DNA from: Polyangiaceae bacterium
GTDB taxonomy: Bacteria; Myxococcota_A; Polyangia; Polyangiales; Polyangiaceae
Assembly (NCBI GenBank): GCA_033763455.1
Contig: JANRKO010000081.1
Location: 1-47,168 of the forward strand
Direction of reading: 5' to 3'
DNA: 47,168 bases
Made by a program: the position numbers and the translations under genes. Shown one piece after another: positions 36,490 through 46,125 of the stretch. Position 1 is the first letter of the stretch; each line of letters opens with the position of its first letter. The notes under the pieces are model-generated. The model was given only the letters and a program-made list of their open reading frames with translations, was not told the origin of the DNA and searched no databases.

Positions 36490-38445
36490 ATGGGCAAGGC
36501 TTCGGAAGATTTTAAAAACCCATCGCCGAGGCTCTCTACGCCCAAGCCCCACCCCATGGAATTCGAGCTCAAATGCGGGGCCACTCTCGGCCGCTACCAA
36601 CTGCTCACTCAGCTCGGTCAGGGCGGGATGGCGAGCGTTTGGGTTGCACGTGAGCGTTCGTTCGGCGGTGCGGAACGCCTAGTTGCCGTTAAGGTGATGT
36701 TGCCTGCTCTGGCGAGTCGTGATGATTTTCGCTCTATGTTTCTAGAGGAGGGGCAAATTGTCCGCAGCATCTCGCACGCCAATGTTGTTAGCGTCTTCGA
36801 CGTCGCAGAGGATTATGGCATACTCTACATGGCGATGGAGTGGGTGGAGGGGGATTCCCTACGCACACTGATCCGAGAAGCCAGAAAGCGTCGCGCTATT
36901 CCCCCTGAGATGGCGGTGCGCATGATTGCTGACACCGCTGCTGGTCTTCACGCAGCCCACGAGCTTCGGGATTGGGACGGTCGCTTGTGCGGGCTCGTAC
37001 ATTGCGATGTTTCTCCCCACAATATTCTGATCGGCTTGAAGGGGCAGGCCAAGCTCGTGGATTTTGGCGTGGCGAGTGCCACCGCGCGCACCGATAAGAG
37101 CCAAGATCTTTTGAAGGGCAAACTCGGCTACATGTCGCCCGAGCAAGTTCTCGGCACGGGGCTGGATCGGCGAAGCGACGTTTTTTCGCTGGGCGTAGTG
37201 CTCTACGAGCTCACCACGGGTGAGCGCCTATTCCGCGGGGAAACGGCCAAAGACACGCTGCGCTTGGTTGCGGAGGCGAAAGTCCCGAGGCCCACAGAGG
37301 TTGATTCCAAGTATCCCGAGCCCCTCGAAGGAATTGTGCTCCGCGCGCTGGCCCGCAATGTGGAAGAGCGCTACCAGACCGCCGAAGATCTGCGCATTGC
37401 CCTCGATCGCTACCTCATCCACGAACGAATTTTGGTGCCAGAAGCCGGTGTTGGGCGGTTGCTCAAGCGCGTGCTCGGTGCACGCATCGAACAGCAACGG
37501 GAAGCCATCCGAGACGCGCTTCAAGCTATCGACGGTCACTTGGAGAACGGCCTGGTGCCCAACGATCCCACTGCCTTTGCCGAGGCCCCGGGGGATCTGA
37601 GTCTTTCAGGTAAGAGCTCTCCTTTTTCCGACGCGTCATTTAGCTCCACGCCGGCGCCTACCTCCTCTTTTCCCTCGGGCCCCCATAGCCTCACGGACCC
37701 CACCGGAACGGCTTCGCCGCAAATTCTGGAGCCGAACGCCCCCGTTGGGGCTGTCAAAAAGCCTCGAACGGCCCTCCTTGGCGCTGCGTTTGCGGCAGTG
37801 GCCGCGCTCGCCACCGGATGGATCTGGCTAAATGCACAATCTGGATCGGGCCCTGCGCTGCGTACGCTGGGTAGCCAGGCGAGCACAGCGGAAGGCTCAG
37901 AGGGAGAGGATGCTGACGCCACAAAGGCCGAGGGGGCCATATCGGCTGAAGAACCGCAAACGAAGAACCCCGAGCTCGCGCCCACAGAAGCCCCTTCCCT
38001 TGCAGCACCCGGGGCAGGTCAAGGTGTCCGCCCACGCAAAACATCCAAAGCCGCCGAACGTGCTGGGCGTGAAGCTGAAGAGGCCGTTCGCGCGGCCGAT
38101 GGTTCCCGGCCCCTCCCGGCTACCCCTACCGCCGCACCGCCTCCGCCCACTCCCTTACTGCCCAATGAGAAGCGCCCTGATCTGAATCGCGGGGCAGCAA
38201 CGGCCGCGCTTGGCGCGGGAGCGATGCGGGCGGCGGCATGCAGCAAGCCCGGAGGCCCCAGCGGTACGGGGCAAGCATCCGTGACGTTTCATCCGGATGG
38301 CTATATTTCTGCGGTCACCGTGTCGGCACCGTTTGCCGGGAGCAGCGTGAGCGGCTGCATCACGGCAGGTTTCAAACAGAGCCGCATCCCACCATTCCGA
38401 GGCGGGCCGCTAACGCTCACGCGCTCGTTTCGTGTAGCGGAGTAA
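36490..38445 (+). CDS. Membrane Ser/Thr protein kinase with C-terminal TonB-C/AgmX-like domain
   Basis: GQGGMA, VAVK, HCDVSPHN, DFG, GKLGYMSPEQ; TM helix; Pro/Ala linker; C-terminal two-Cys domain ending IPPFRGGPLTL. Confidence 0.9.
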   Translation: MGKASEDFKNPSPRLSTPKPHPMEFELKCGATLGRYQLLTQLGQGGMASVWVARERSFGGAERLVAVKVMLPALASRDDFRSMFLEEGQIVRSISHANVVSVFDVAEDYGILYMAMEWVEGDSLRTLIREARKRRAIPPEMAVRMIADTAAGLHAAHELRDWDGRLCGLVHCDVSPHNILIGLKGQAKLVDFGVASATARTDKSQDLLKGKLGYMSPEQVLGTGLDRRSDVFSLGVVLYELTTGERLFRGETAKDTLRLVAEAKVPRPTEVDSKYPEPLEGIVLRALARNVEERYQTAEDLRIALDRYLIHERILVPEAGVGRLLKRVLGARIEQQREAIRDALQAIDGHLENGLVPNDPTAFAEAPGDLSLSGKSSPFSDASFSSTPAPTSSFPSGPHSLTDPTGTASPQILEPNAPVGAVKKPRTALLGAAFAAVAALATGWIWLNAQSGSGPALRTLGSQASTAEGSEGEDADATKAEGAISAEEPQTKNPELAPTEAPSLAAPGAGQGVRPRKTSKAAERAGREAEEAVRAADGSRPLPATPTAAPPPPTPLLPNEKRPDLNRGAATAALGAGAMRAAACSKPGGPSGTGQASVTFHPDGYISAVTVSAPFAGSSVSGCITAGFKQSRIPPFRGGPLTLTRSFRVAE

Positions 38446-38447
38446 GC

Positions 38448-39197
38448 CTAGAGCTTGCCCTGCCAAAAACGCCCACGCTCTTCGGCGAAAATCCGAGCGA
38501 GGCGGCGTTGCTCCTGCACTAGGCCTCCGTACGTTTTCGGAACCCGCACATCTGCGGTCAAAGCGGCGAATACCCGCGCGGCCGCTTCGGCATCAGATTC
38601 GGCGCGATGCGCTTGCTCTATTTCAATGCCCAGACGAGCGCACACATCTCCAAGCGCTCGACTTTTTTCGCCAGCCTGAAGCTCGCGCGCCCAAATGAGT
38701 GGATCCACCCATTCCACACGGCGCTGCATGGCTGGAGGCAAATCCTCAAACACAAGGCCGGAGCGAGCCAACTCCGCGTGTAAGAACGCCCGATCGAAGT
38801 CGGCGTTGTAGGCCATAGGAACCGCGCCGCTAAGGGCTGCCAATACCTCTGGCCAAACCTCCAAAAGCTTTGGTTTGCCAGCTACGTCGGCATCACTGAT
38901 GCCGTGAACTTGACGCGAATCTTCTGGGATGGGTCGTTCGGGATCCACGAGCCAACTGTGCCGCGCCGAGACTTCCCCGTTTTCCCATCGCACGCAGGCA
39001 ATTTCGATAACGCGATCAACATTAGCATCTCGACCCGTGGTTTCGGTGTCGATGCACACGAGAGGCAGTTCAGATACGGGGTGTTCCGCCGTCCACTCGG
39101 GTGACAGCCCGGCCACGGACACGCGCAACAGGTGAGCGATACCTGGATAGTGGCGCCCGGTGGGAAAACAACCTCGCCCTTCAGCGCCCGATCGCAT
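38448..39197 (-). CDS. DEDDh 3'-5' exonuclease (DnaQ-like)
   Basis: IDTETTG, VHGI, YNADFD, HRAESDA. Confidence 0.9.
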   Translation of the reverse strand: MRSGAEGRGCFPTGRHYPGIAHLLRVSVAGLSPEWTAEHPVSELPLVCIDTETTGRDANVDRVIEIACVRWENGEVSARHSWLVDPERPIPEDSRQVHGISDADVAGKPKLLEVWPEVLAALSGAVPMAYNADFDRAFLHAELARSGLVFEDLPPAMQRRVEWVDPLIWARELQAGEKSRALGDVCARLGIEIEQAHRAESDAEAAARVFAALTADVRVPKTYGGLVQEQRRLARIFAEERGRFWQGKL

Positions 39198-39206
39198 GAA
39201 GCGGGA

Positions 39207-40175
39207 TCACTTACTGCTCGGCGCGGGCGCCGTGGCCGCGCCGGTTGCCGGTTGCGCCGCCTGTGCGGCCTTGCCTTTTTGCAGTTCGATCTCCAGGCTG
39301 ATCCAGGCTTCGAGATCGTCCTTTAACCCGGTGGAGGATTCGAAGCGCCGCCCATTGATAAATAGGGATGGCGTACCTTTGAGCTCGGCCTGTTCGCCCT
39401 GCTTTCGGTCGCGACTCACAAGATCTGCCACCGCCTCGCTCTCAAGATCTGCAGTAAACTGCTTCGCGCTCAGCCCGATATCTTTGGCCAGGCTGTCAAT
39501 CACTGCCCGATCGAGCGGAGCGCCGTGCTTGAAAAGCGCGTGATGCATTTCCCAGAACTTGCCCTGGCGCCCTGCGGCTACAGCACTTCGAGCCGCCATT
39601 TCGGAGTTCGCGTGGATCGGGAGCGGGAAATTCTTGAACACGAATTTCAGGTCGTTCGAGTATTTGGCTACTACTTCGTCCACGACGGGAGCAGCCATCT
39701 GACACGCTGGGCACTCGAAATCCGCAAATTCAATCAGCACCACGCTGGCCGTTTCCGAGCCTTTAAACGGAGAGTCAGCAATGTCGAACGCTCGAACGCC
39801 GTCTGCCGAAAACCGACCCCGGTACGCGTTCTCCACCTGCGAAGTGGTGAGGCCCGCTCGCACCTGGCTGACCAGGTATTTGGCGGCTGGCAGGCACGCG
39901 GAACACGCAGCACCGTCCTTCACGCAATCTTTTAGCGTGGCCTTCACATTGTCGCAGGGGGCAGGCAGCGCGGAAACGTGGCCCGACCATTGACGCCGCT
40001 CACGACCGGTGAGAGCGGAGGTATCCACTCCGGGCAACGATACCTCGGGGGCGGCAGCGGCTTCTTGACCGGAGGCGGCGCCGCCAGCACCCTGATTTGG
40101 GGAACGGCAGCCGACCACCTTGCAATTCAAAAGGATAAGGGAAAAAAAGGCTGCCAGCCTGCGCCAGTCGGACAT
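39207..40175 (-). CDS. DsbA-family thioredoxin lipoprotein
   Basis: EFADFECPAC, FKNFPL, GTPSLFING; VVGC lipobox after ATG 40175. Confidence 0.88.
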   Translation of the reverse strand: MSDWRRLAAFFSLILLNCKVVGCRSPNQGAGGAASGQEAAAAPEVSLPGVDTSALTGRERRQWSGHVSALPAPCDNVKATLKDCVKDGAACSACLPAAKYLVSQVRAGLTTSQVENAYRGRFSADGVRAFDIADSPFKGSETASVVLIEFADFECPACQMAAPVVDEVVAKYSNDLKFVFKNFPLPIHANSEMAARSAVAAGRQGKFWEMHHALFKHGAPLDRAVIDSLAKDIGLSAKQFTADLESEAVADLVSRDRKQGEQAELKGTPSLFINGRRFESSTGLKDDLEAWISLEIELQKGKAAQAAQPATGAATAPAPSSK

Positions 40176-40265
40176 CGACCTGGAGGGTAACCTTGGCCCA
40201 GAGCGAGAACAACCCATCCACCCGGCCACAACCCCCCGCGCCCCCATCGCGACGCCAAACCCCCG

Positions 40266-41858
40266 ATGACTAGCTCAACTTTTCCCAGCCTGCCGCCCGC
40301 CGAGCCGCGCAGCCCGTCACTTCGGGGTGTTCGCCACGTCATCGCCGTCGGTGGGGGCCGTGGGGGCGTGGGCAAAAGCATGCTCGCCGTAAACCTCGCT
40401 GTGTACTTGGCGCAGCTCGGCCGCAAGGTGGTGCTGGTGGACGCCGATGCCGCGGGAGCAGAGCTCCACACCATGCTCGACATCGAGCTCCCCAGGGCTC
40501 CGACGGCCCGTGAGGATTTGGACGAGTTTGAATTGCTCACGCATCCAACTCCCGTGCCCGGCCTCGTGTTGTTGCCGCAAATCTACACGGTAGGCTCCAT
40601 TGCTCCCCTCAGGCCCGGACGGAAACCTCGTTGGGCTAGTCGCTTGCGTCAACTTGATGCGGACTACGTACTTCTAGATCTTGGAGCCGGCACGCTGCCC
40701 GCCACTGTGGATCTAGCGCTGAGCTCGGACTTCATGCTGCTCGTGACCTCCCCTGAACCGCCGAGCGTGGAGGCCACATTTCGCTTCACCCGAGCGCTCT
40801 TCCTGCGCAGTTTACGGCGCGCCCTTGTGCGAGATCGATTTCGCATCCGCATGGTGGAAAGAGCACAAAATGAACTTCCCCCGCTGCCTTCCCCACGGGA
40901 GCTTGTTTACGCCATTGCACGCTACGATTCTGGCGTGGCCGAATTGGCTGCCATCGAGCTTGGTAAGCTCAAGCCTCGGCTAGTGGTCAACAATGTTAAG
41001 CTACGTGCCGACGCGGATCTAGGCCCGAACATGTGCGAGGTGGGTCGGCGCTATCTCGGCTGCGAGATGGACTACGTAGGGCAAATCGAACAAGACGACT
41101 CCGTCTGGCTCAGCATTTCCCGGCGCCGGCCGCTCCTTATTGACAGCCCGACATCCAAAAGCGCGCGCAATATTGAACGCATCGCACGGCGAACTTTGGC
41201 GCTTGCTGCCAGTCGCGATCCCAGCGGACCTGAGCTCCCGATCAAAGTCTACCCATCGGATCCGACACTTTACGAAGTATTGGGCGCTCCCCGAGGAGCC
41301 ACCGATGAAGAGCTGCGGCGAGCGTATAAGCGCCAAAAAGGGATTTACCAACCCAAGAGCTTAGTGCTCACTTCACTGCTCGATGAGCAAGGGTTGAAGC
41401 TCGCCCAAGCGCAAACCGAAGAGGCTCACGATACCCTACTCGATCCCGTGCGCCGCCGTGCCTACGATCTTTCCACCTTCCCGGAGACCGAGGAGGAAGC
41501 GATTCCACGTGACCCGGCTCACTTCAGAGCACTCGAAGCGGAGCGCGCCATGCTACGTGAAGAGCTCTCCCGCGAGATCAATGCGGAGACTGAGTTTTCC
41601 GGACCCTTATTGCGCAAGGTGCGGGAATCTCTCGGTGTAGAACTCGAAGACATCGCCGCTCACACGAAGATCAGCAGCACGCACCTTTTAGCGATCGAAA
41701 ACGAAGACTTCGCGGCACTTCCTGCCCTGGTCTACACGCGAGGCTTTGTCCAACAGTTGGCTCACTACCTGAAGCTTGATAGCACGCAGGTTACCCGCAC
41801 CTATCTACAGCGCATGCGTCAGTGGCGAAACTCCAGCGAACGTCCGTCCTCATTATGA
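40266..41858 (+). CDS. MinD/FlhG-like ATPase fused to a J-like domain and a RodZ-type (HTH_25) HTH
   Basis: GGGRGGVGKS, VLVDAD, LLDLGAG; LYEVLG..RGATDEELRRAY...EAHDTLLDPVRRRAYD; LRKVRESLG..LEDIAAHTKIS...AIENEDF..LP..VYTRGF. Confidence 0.85.
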   Translation: MTSSTFPSLPPAEPRSPSLRGVRHVIAVGGGRGGVGKSMLAVNLAVYLAQLGRKVVLVDADAAGAELHTMLDIELPRAPTAREDLDEFELLTHPTPVPGLVLLPQIYTVGSIAPLRPGRKPRWASRLRQLDADYVLLDLGAGTLPATVDLALSSDFMLLVTSPEPPSVEATFRFTRALFLRSLRRALVRDRFRIRMVERAQNELPPLPSPRELVYAIARYDSGVAELAAIELGKLKPRLVVNNVKLRADADLGPNMCEVGRRYLGCEMDYVGQIEQDDSVWLSISRRRPLLIDSPTSKSARNIERIARRTLALAASRDPSGPELPIKVYPSDPTLYEVLGAPRGATDEELRRAYKRQKGIYQPKSLVLTSLLDEQGLKLAQAQTEEAHDTLLDPVRRRAYDLSTFPETEEEAIPRDPAHFRALEAERAMLREELSREINAETEFSGPLLRKVRESLGVELEDIAAHTKISSTHLLAIENEDFAALPALVYTRGFVQQLAHYLKLDSTQVTRTYLQRMRQWRNSSERPSSL

Positions 41859-43303
41859 GGAACTCCGCGGCTGCCCCCCTATCGGCGGACGCAAACTTCA
41901 CCATTGCGCTCGGCGTGGTGGCGTTCCTCTTGCGTGCCGGAGTTGGGCTGTGGCTAGCACGAGAACCCGTGTGGGACGGGCACTACTACCACTTTGGCGC
42001 TGAGCGCATCGCGCAGGGGCTCGGTTACTCCGAAGATGTATTTGTGGGAGGGCTTTCCGTTTGGAAACCGTGGGTGCACTACCCGGTCGGCTACAGCGCA
42101 TTTTTGGCTATATTTTATCGCATTTTCGGCAGTGGCCTGGAAGTAGCACCGCTGGCTAACGCGCTCGTTGGGGCCTGCACGGTGGTGCTCACCTTTCGAA
42201 TCGCGTGCACTCTGCTATCCCCTGTTCGCGCACGAATTGCTGGAGCCCTGGTAGCCCTTCACCCGGGCCTCATTGCCTACACGGCTGCCGTGATGACCGA
42301 AGGCCTGGCCAGCTGCCTATTGCTCACGGCAGCCTGGTTCCTCATTCGAACAAGGAATAGCCACACCGGCGCGATCCTTTATGGCTGCGCCTTGGGCCTA
42401 GGCACACTCGTGCGCCCTACTTCCCTCCTAGCACTGCCGCTCCTTGCTTTCATAGATTTCAAGGGCTGGAAGGCCGTCATCGTTCGCCTCCTCATCGCGA
42501 CTGCCGCTTGCCTGTTGGTGGTAAGCCCCTGGACGATCAGAAATTGCGTCCGCATGGACGGGTGCGCACTCGTCTCCACCAACGGCGGCTGGAACCTCGC
42601 GATCGGAGCCCTCACCGACACGGGTCGCTTTCGCACGCTACGCGGAAGTGATGGGTGCCCAAACGTCACCGGGCAAGTGCAGCAAGATCGCTGCTGGGCG
42701 GAAGTTGGGCTGCGCACGATCGCCAAAGACCCGGCACGTTGGCTCGGCCTCATTCCTGATAAGTTAAGGCAAACGTTCAACCATGAGAGCTTTATCGTAG
42801 AATACGTGCACGAAGCCGATCCCAAGCGCTGGGACGAAGCCCTTCGCTCAAGGGCTCGCGCCTGGCTCACAGGCCTTCACTGGCTGCTTTTGTGGGTCTC
42901 GGCCTTCAGCATCGTCTCGCTCCGGCCGTTCGCTGCCTGGTGGCGTTCCTCGAACAATCCAGTGCGCACCGGTGCCCGTGTCGCGCAGGGTGCTCTCTTC
43001 TTGTTGATACTAGTTGGAGGGATCGGTGCCCTCATGAGTGACTTTCACCCATTTTGGCCGTTTGCCGTGGCACCTGCCCTGCTTGCCTATGTGAGGCTCC
43101 CAGGTGCTCCCGACCTTGGGCCCGTGGCTCGCTACCTCTTCGGGCTCACTTTGAGCACGGCGTTGGTGCACGCGGTGTTCTTTGGTGATGATCGCTATCA
43201 TCTCGTCATAACTCCGGTGCTCTGCATTCTTGCAGCGCGCGCCTTCTTCATTCCCACTCCCGGTCAATCGGAGGTAGGCTTCGAAGCAGCACGCAATAGC
43301 TAG
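41855..43303 (+). CDS. GT-C (PMT/ArnT-like, family 39/83) membrane glycosyltransferase
   Basis: WDGHYY, YPVGY, MTEGL, LVRP, PWTIRN, STNGGWNL, DRYH; many TM helices. ATGA overlap with the upstream gene. Confidence 0.8.
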   Translation: MRNSAAAPLSADANFTIALGVVAFLLRAGVGLWLAREPVWDGHYYHFGAERIAQGLGYSEDVFVGGLSVWKPWVHYPVGYSAFLAIFYRIFGSGLEVAPLANALVGACTVVLTFRIACTLLSPVRARIAGALVALHPGLIAYTAAVMTEGLASCLLLTAAWFLIRTRNSHTGAILYGCALGLGTLVRPTSLLALPLLAFIDFKGWKAVIVRLLIATAACLLVVSPWTIRNCVRMDGCALVSTNGGWNLAIGALTDTGRFRTLRGSDGCPNVTGQVQQDRCWAEVGLRTIAKDPARWLGLIPDKLRQTFNHESFIVEYVHEADPKRWDEALRSRARAWLTGLHWLLLWVSAFSIVSLRPFAAWWRSSNNPVRTGARVAQGALFLLILVGGIGALMSDFHPFWPFAVAPALLAYVRLPGAPDLGPVARYLFGLTLSTALVHAVFFGDDRYHLVITPVLCILAARAFFIPTPGQSEVGFEAARNS

Positions 43304-43334
43304 TACGCATTTAGAGCTAAAGGAGGCCCGAGTT

Positions 43335-45095
43335 TTGCTACGCAAGGAAGAAGAGAGCACGTTCCCGCCCCCAGGCGGCGGCAAGGAAGAGATCAGGGCG
43401 AGCCACCTCAAGCCCTATCTGCTCCGCCTGCGCGAAGAACGCGGCGAGGGCGCCGTAAAGGCGCTGCTCTCTACCGCTGGGCTGCCGCCAGGCATTCTGG
43501 ACGACGAAACTCGCTGGATTTCTGTGGCCGCAATGCAGCGCGGACTGCGCTCGCTAGCTTCTGCCTTGGGGGAAGACGCGATCGGCTCGCGAGGCCCTTG
43601 GATGGTTCACCCCGAGATCCTTGGCGGCTACGTGCGCATGCTGCGCATCGCCGCCACGCCAGAAGATGGCCTCCGCTACCTTGCCACCAATGCCGCCGAA
43701 ACCAATCGCGCTGGCACGTTTATCTATGAAAACCTGGAGCCGGGGCACTCTGAGGTCCGCTACACCCCGCGCCCGGAGGTTGAAACCAACCAGAGCGACC
43801 GCTTGCTCTGCTTGGCACGCAAGGCCGAGTTCGCAAGCATCCCACGCATCTGGGGTCTAGAAGACGCACGCGTGGAGGATTTAGCGTGCCTCTCCCAAGG
43901 GGATGTCGCTTGCAAGTACTCCATTCACTACAGCTTCAAGCACCGTTCGAAATTGCCTTTTTTCGCGGTAGGTGGCGCGGCTATCTGCGGCATCGTGCTC
44001 GCCCTTTCCCAAAGTTGGGTTGCTGTCCTTATTGGCATCGCCATCGGTGCGGGCGTAGGTGCGGCCCTGGGCTCACTTTCCGATAAAGTGGCGCACCAGC
44101 AGTTGATCCGAACCTTCGAACAGAATCGTATCTCGGCCCTTGAACGCGGCCTCGAACTTCGTGGCCAAACGAAGGACGCCGCCGGCGATTTGAGCGGCTC
44201 TACCCTCGGCGGAAAGTACCGGATCTTGCGGCGCATTGGCTCGGGGGGCATTGGCGCTGTCTACGCGGCCGAACACGTAGCGCTCGGGTCACGCGTCGCC
44301 ATCAAGGTGCTGCGTGGTGCAGCCGCGGCAGATGCCTCAGAGATTGCTCGCTTGCGGCGGGAAGCCCAAGTGCAAGTTTCGATCAAACATCCGAACGTGG
44401 TTCGCACGCTCGATCTCGATCAAATGCCGGACGGCTCTATCTATGTGGTGATGGAGCTTTTGCGCGGGGTGAGCGTCGCTGAGCGCTTGCAGCGGCGTGG
44501 CCCCTTAACACCTGCCTTCGCCGTCCCCATCTTTATCCAAGTGTGTCGCGCGCTCGCGGCTGCGCATCAACTCGGAGTTGTGCACCGCGATCTTAAGCCA
44601 GCCAACGTTTTCATCTGCGAAGACGACAGCGCCAAGGTTCTAGACTTCGGAATGAGCAAATTTGCGGAAGCCGATACGCTCACGGAACACGGCTATACGC
44701 TGGGCACTCCTGAATACATGTCCCCGGAGCAGTGCATCGGGGCCCCTGTAGAATCACGCACCGACCTCTACGCCCTCGGCGTACTCATGTATGAGGCGCT
44801 CACCGGAGAGCTCCCCATCCAAACCCGCAACCGGCGCGATCTGCTTGAATTGCACCAGCGCACCGTGCCCCCAAGCATGCGAGAACGGCGCCCTGATCTA
44901 GACATACCGCAAGCGTTGGATAACGCCGTAATGATGTGCCTGGCTAAGCGAGCTGCGGAGCGCCCGGCGAGCGCCCGCGAGCTGGAAGGCCTGCTTCTAG
45001 AGGTAGATCTTGCCGGATTGCCGCTTGAGTACCCGCCCGGCACCCCGTGGCGAGTGTCCTCCCGAAACGCGCCGTCATCGTCGAGTTTTGCATAA
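43335..45095 (+). CDS. Ser/Thr protein kinase with N-terminal V4R-like domain and two TM helices
   Basis: C...E..C...G...C.Y V4R-like pattern; TM hairpin; intact kinase motifs GSGGIG, VAIK, HRDLKPAN, DFG, GTPEYMSPEQ. Confidence 0.88.
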   Translation: MLRKEEESTFPPPGGGKEEIRASHLKPYLLRLREERGEGAVKALLSTAGLPPGILDDETRWISVAAMQRGLRSLASALGEDAIGSRGPWMVHPEILGGYVRMLRIAATPEDGLRYLATNAAETNRAGTFIYENLEPGHSEVRYTPRPEVETNQSDRLLCLARKAEFASIPRIWGLEDARVEDLACLSQGDVACKYSIHYSFKHRSKLPFFAVGGAAICGIVLALSQSWVAVLIGIAIGAGVGAALGSLSDKVAHQQLIRTFEQNRISALERGLELRGQTKDAAGDLSGSTLGGKYRILRRIGSGGIGAVYAAEHVALGSRVAIKVLRGAAAADASEIARLRREAQVQVSIKHPNVVRTLDLDQMPDGSIYVVMELLRGVSVAERLQRRGPLTPAFAVPIFIQVCRALAAAHQLGVVHRDLKPANVFICEDDSAKVLDFGMSKFAEADTLTEHGYTLGTPEYMSPEQCIGAPVESRTDLYALGVLMYEALTGELPIQTRNRRDLLELHQRTVPPSMRERRPDLDIPQALDNAVMMCLAKRAAERPASARELEGLLLEVDLAGLPLEYPPGTPWRVSSRNAPSSSSFA

Positions 45096-45220
45096 GAAGC
45101 TGTGCTAAAGGAGGATTGCTAAGACGCCTACGGGTTAGCCAAGGCCACCGGCACCAAGCCTGGCTCAGGGTACGGTGGCGTCTCATTGGAGCTTGGATGC
45201 TTTTCTGGTAAAGCCTGACC

Positions 45221-46123
45221 ATGGCAAGTGCATTGCGTGCAGTCTCCTCTGGATTCGTCGTCAGCTTCATTGCGGTGGCTTGTGGCGGCGTGAGCGAACT
45301 CGATCCGAACTTCGGAGTCGGCCCGATGGGTTCGCTCACAGGTGGCAGCACAGGAAGCGGCGGAGCTCCACTTTCAGGAGGCAAGCAAGGAGCGGGCGGC
45401 AACAGCAACAACGGTTCGGGAGGCAAAGCAGCAACTGGGCCAACGGGCGGCGTTTTCTTTAGCACGGGTGGCGCTGCAGGGGCGGGCGGCAAAGCGGCGA
45501 GCGGCGGCGCGAGGGCGGCGGGCGGCTCGTTAGCCGTCGGTGGCACGCCCGGCAGCGGCACTGGCGGCACACCTCCCATCCCTGTTCCTCCAGAGCTCGC
45601 GGCTCAGTGTGATTTACTGTGCGTTCGGCAAACCGCAGCTCAATGCGCCATCGAGGATGACTACGCGGGCTGCATCACCGGGTGCCGACTCTTTGTGAAC
45701 GCGAATGGCTGCGCAACCCCCTATCAAAACTATTTTTCGTGTGCACAAAAAGCCGGAGTCTACTGCAACAACCAGGGCAAGGCCGATTTTGCAGGCTGTG
45801 AAGGTCAGGAAGTCACAGCCCAGCTCTGCGTACTGAACGCCGCTATGGATCCTGCATTGCAGCAGCCTTGCGTCAAATACTGCACCACACGTAATGCCAC
45901 CTTCTGCCCCAACAACGGCACCATTAGCGACTGCACGTTGGGGTGCGCGCTGTACGGTGGAGCCTCGCCCACGTGCACCGATGAATGGCAGGCCTACCTT
46001 GCGTGCGCACAGACCTCAGCTTTTGCCTGCAATGCGAACGGCGAAGGCGAGGCCCAGAATTGCACGTTGCAGGGCTTGGCCTTCTACGGCTGCATCCTCA
46101 CGGCAGCCTCAGGTATGCCGTAA
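45221..46123 (+). CDS. Gly-rich-linker lipoprotein with two tandem 10-Cys domains
   Basis: Lipobox AVAC, Gly/Ser/Thr linker, duplicated Cys spacing. Confidence 0.8.
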   Translation: MASALRAVSSGFVVSFIAVACGGVSELDPNFGVGPMGSLTGGSTGSGGAPLSGGKQGAGGNSNNGSGGKAATGPTGGVFFSTGGAAGAGGKAASGGARAAGGSLAVGGTPGSGTGGTPPIPVPPELAAQCDLLCVRQTAAQCAIEDDYAGCITGCRLFVNANGCATPYQNYFSCAQKAGVYCNNQGKADFAGCEGQEVTAQLCVLNAAMDPALQQPCVKYCTTRNATFCPNNGTISDCTLGCALYGGASPTCTDEWQAYLACAQTSAFACNANGEGEAQNCTLQGLAFYGCILTAASGMP

Positions 46124-46125
46124 TT

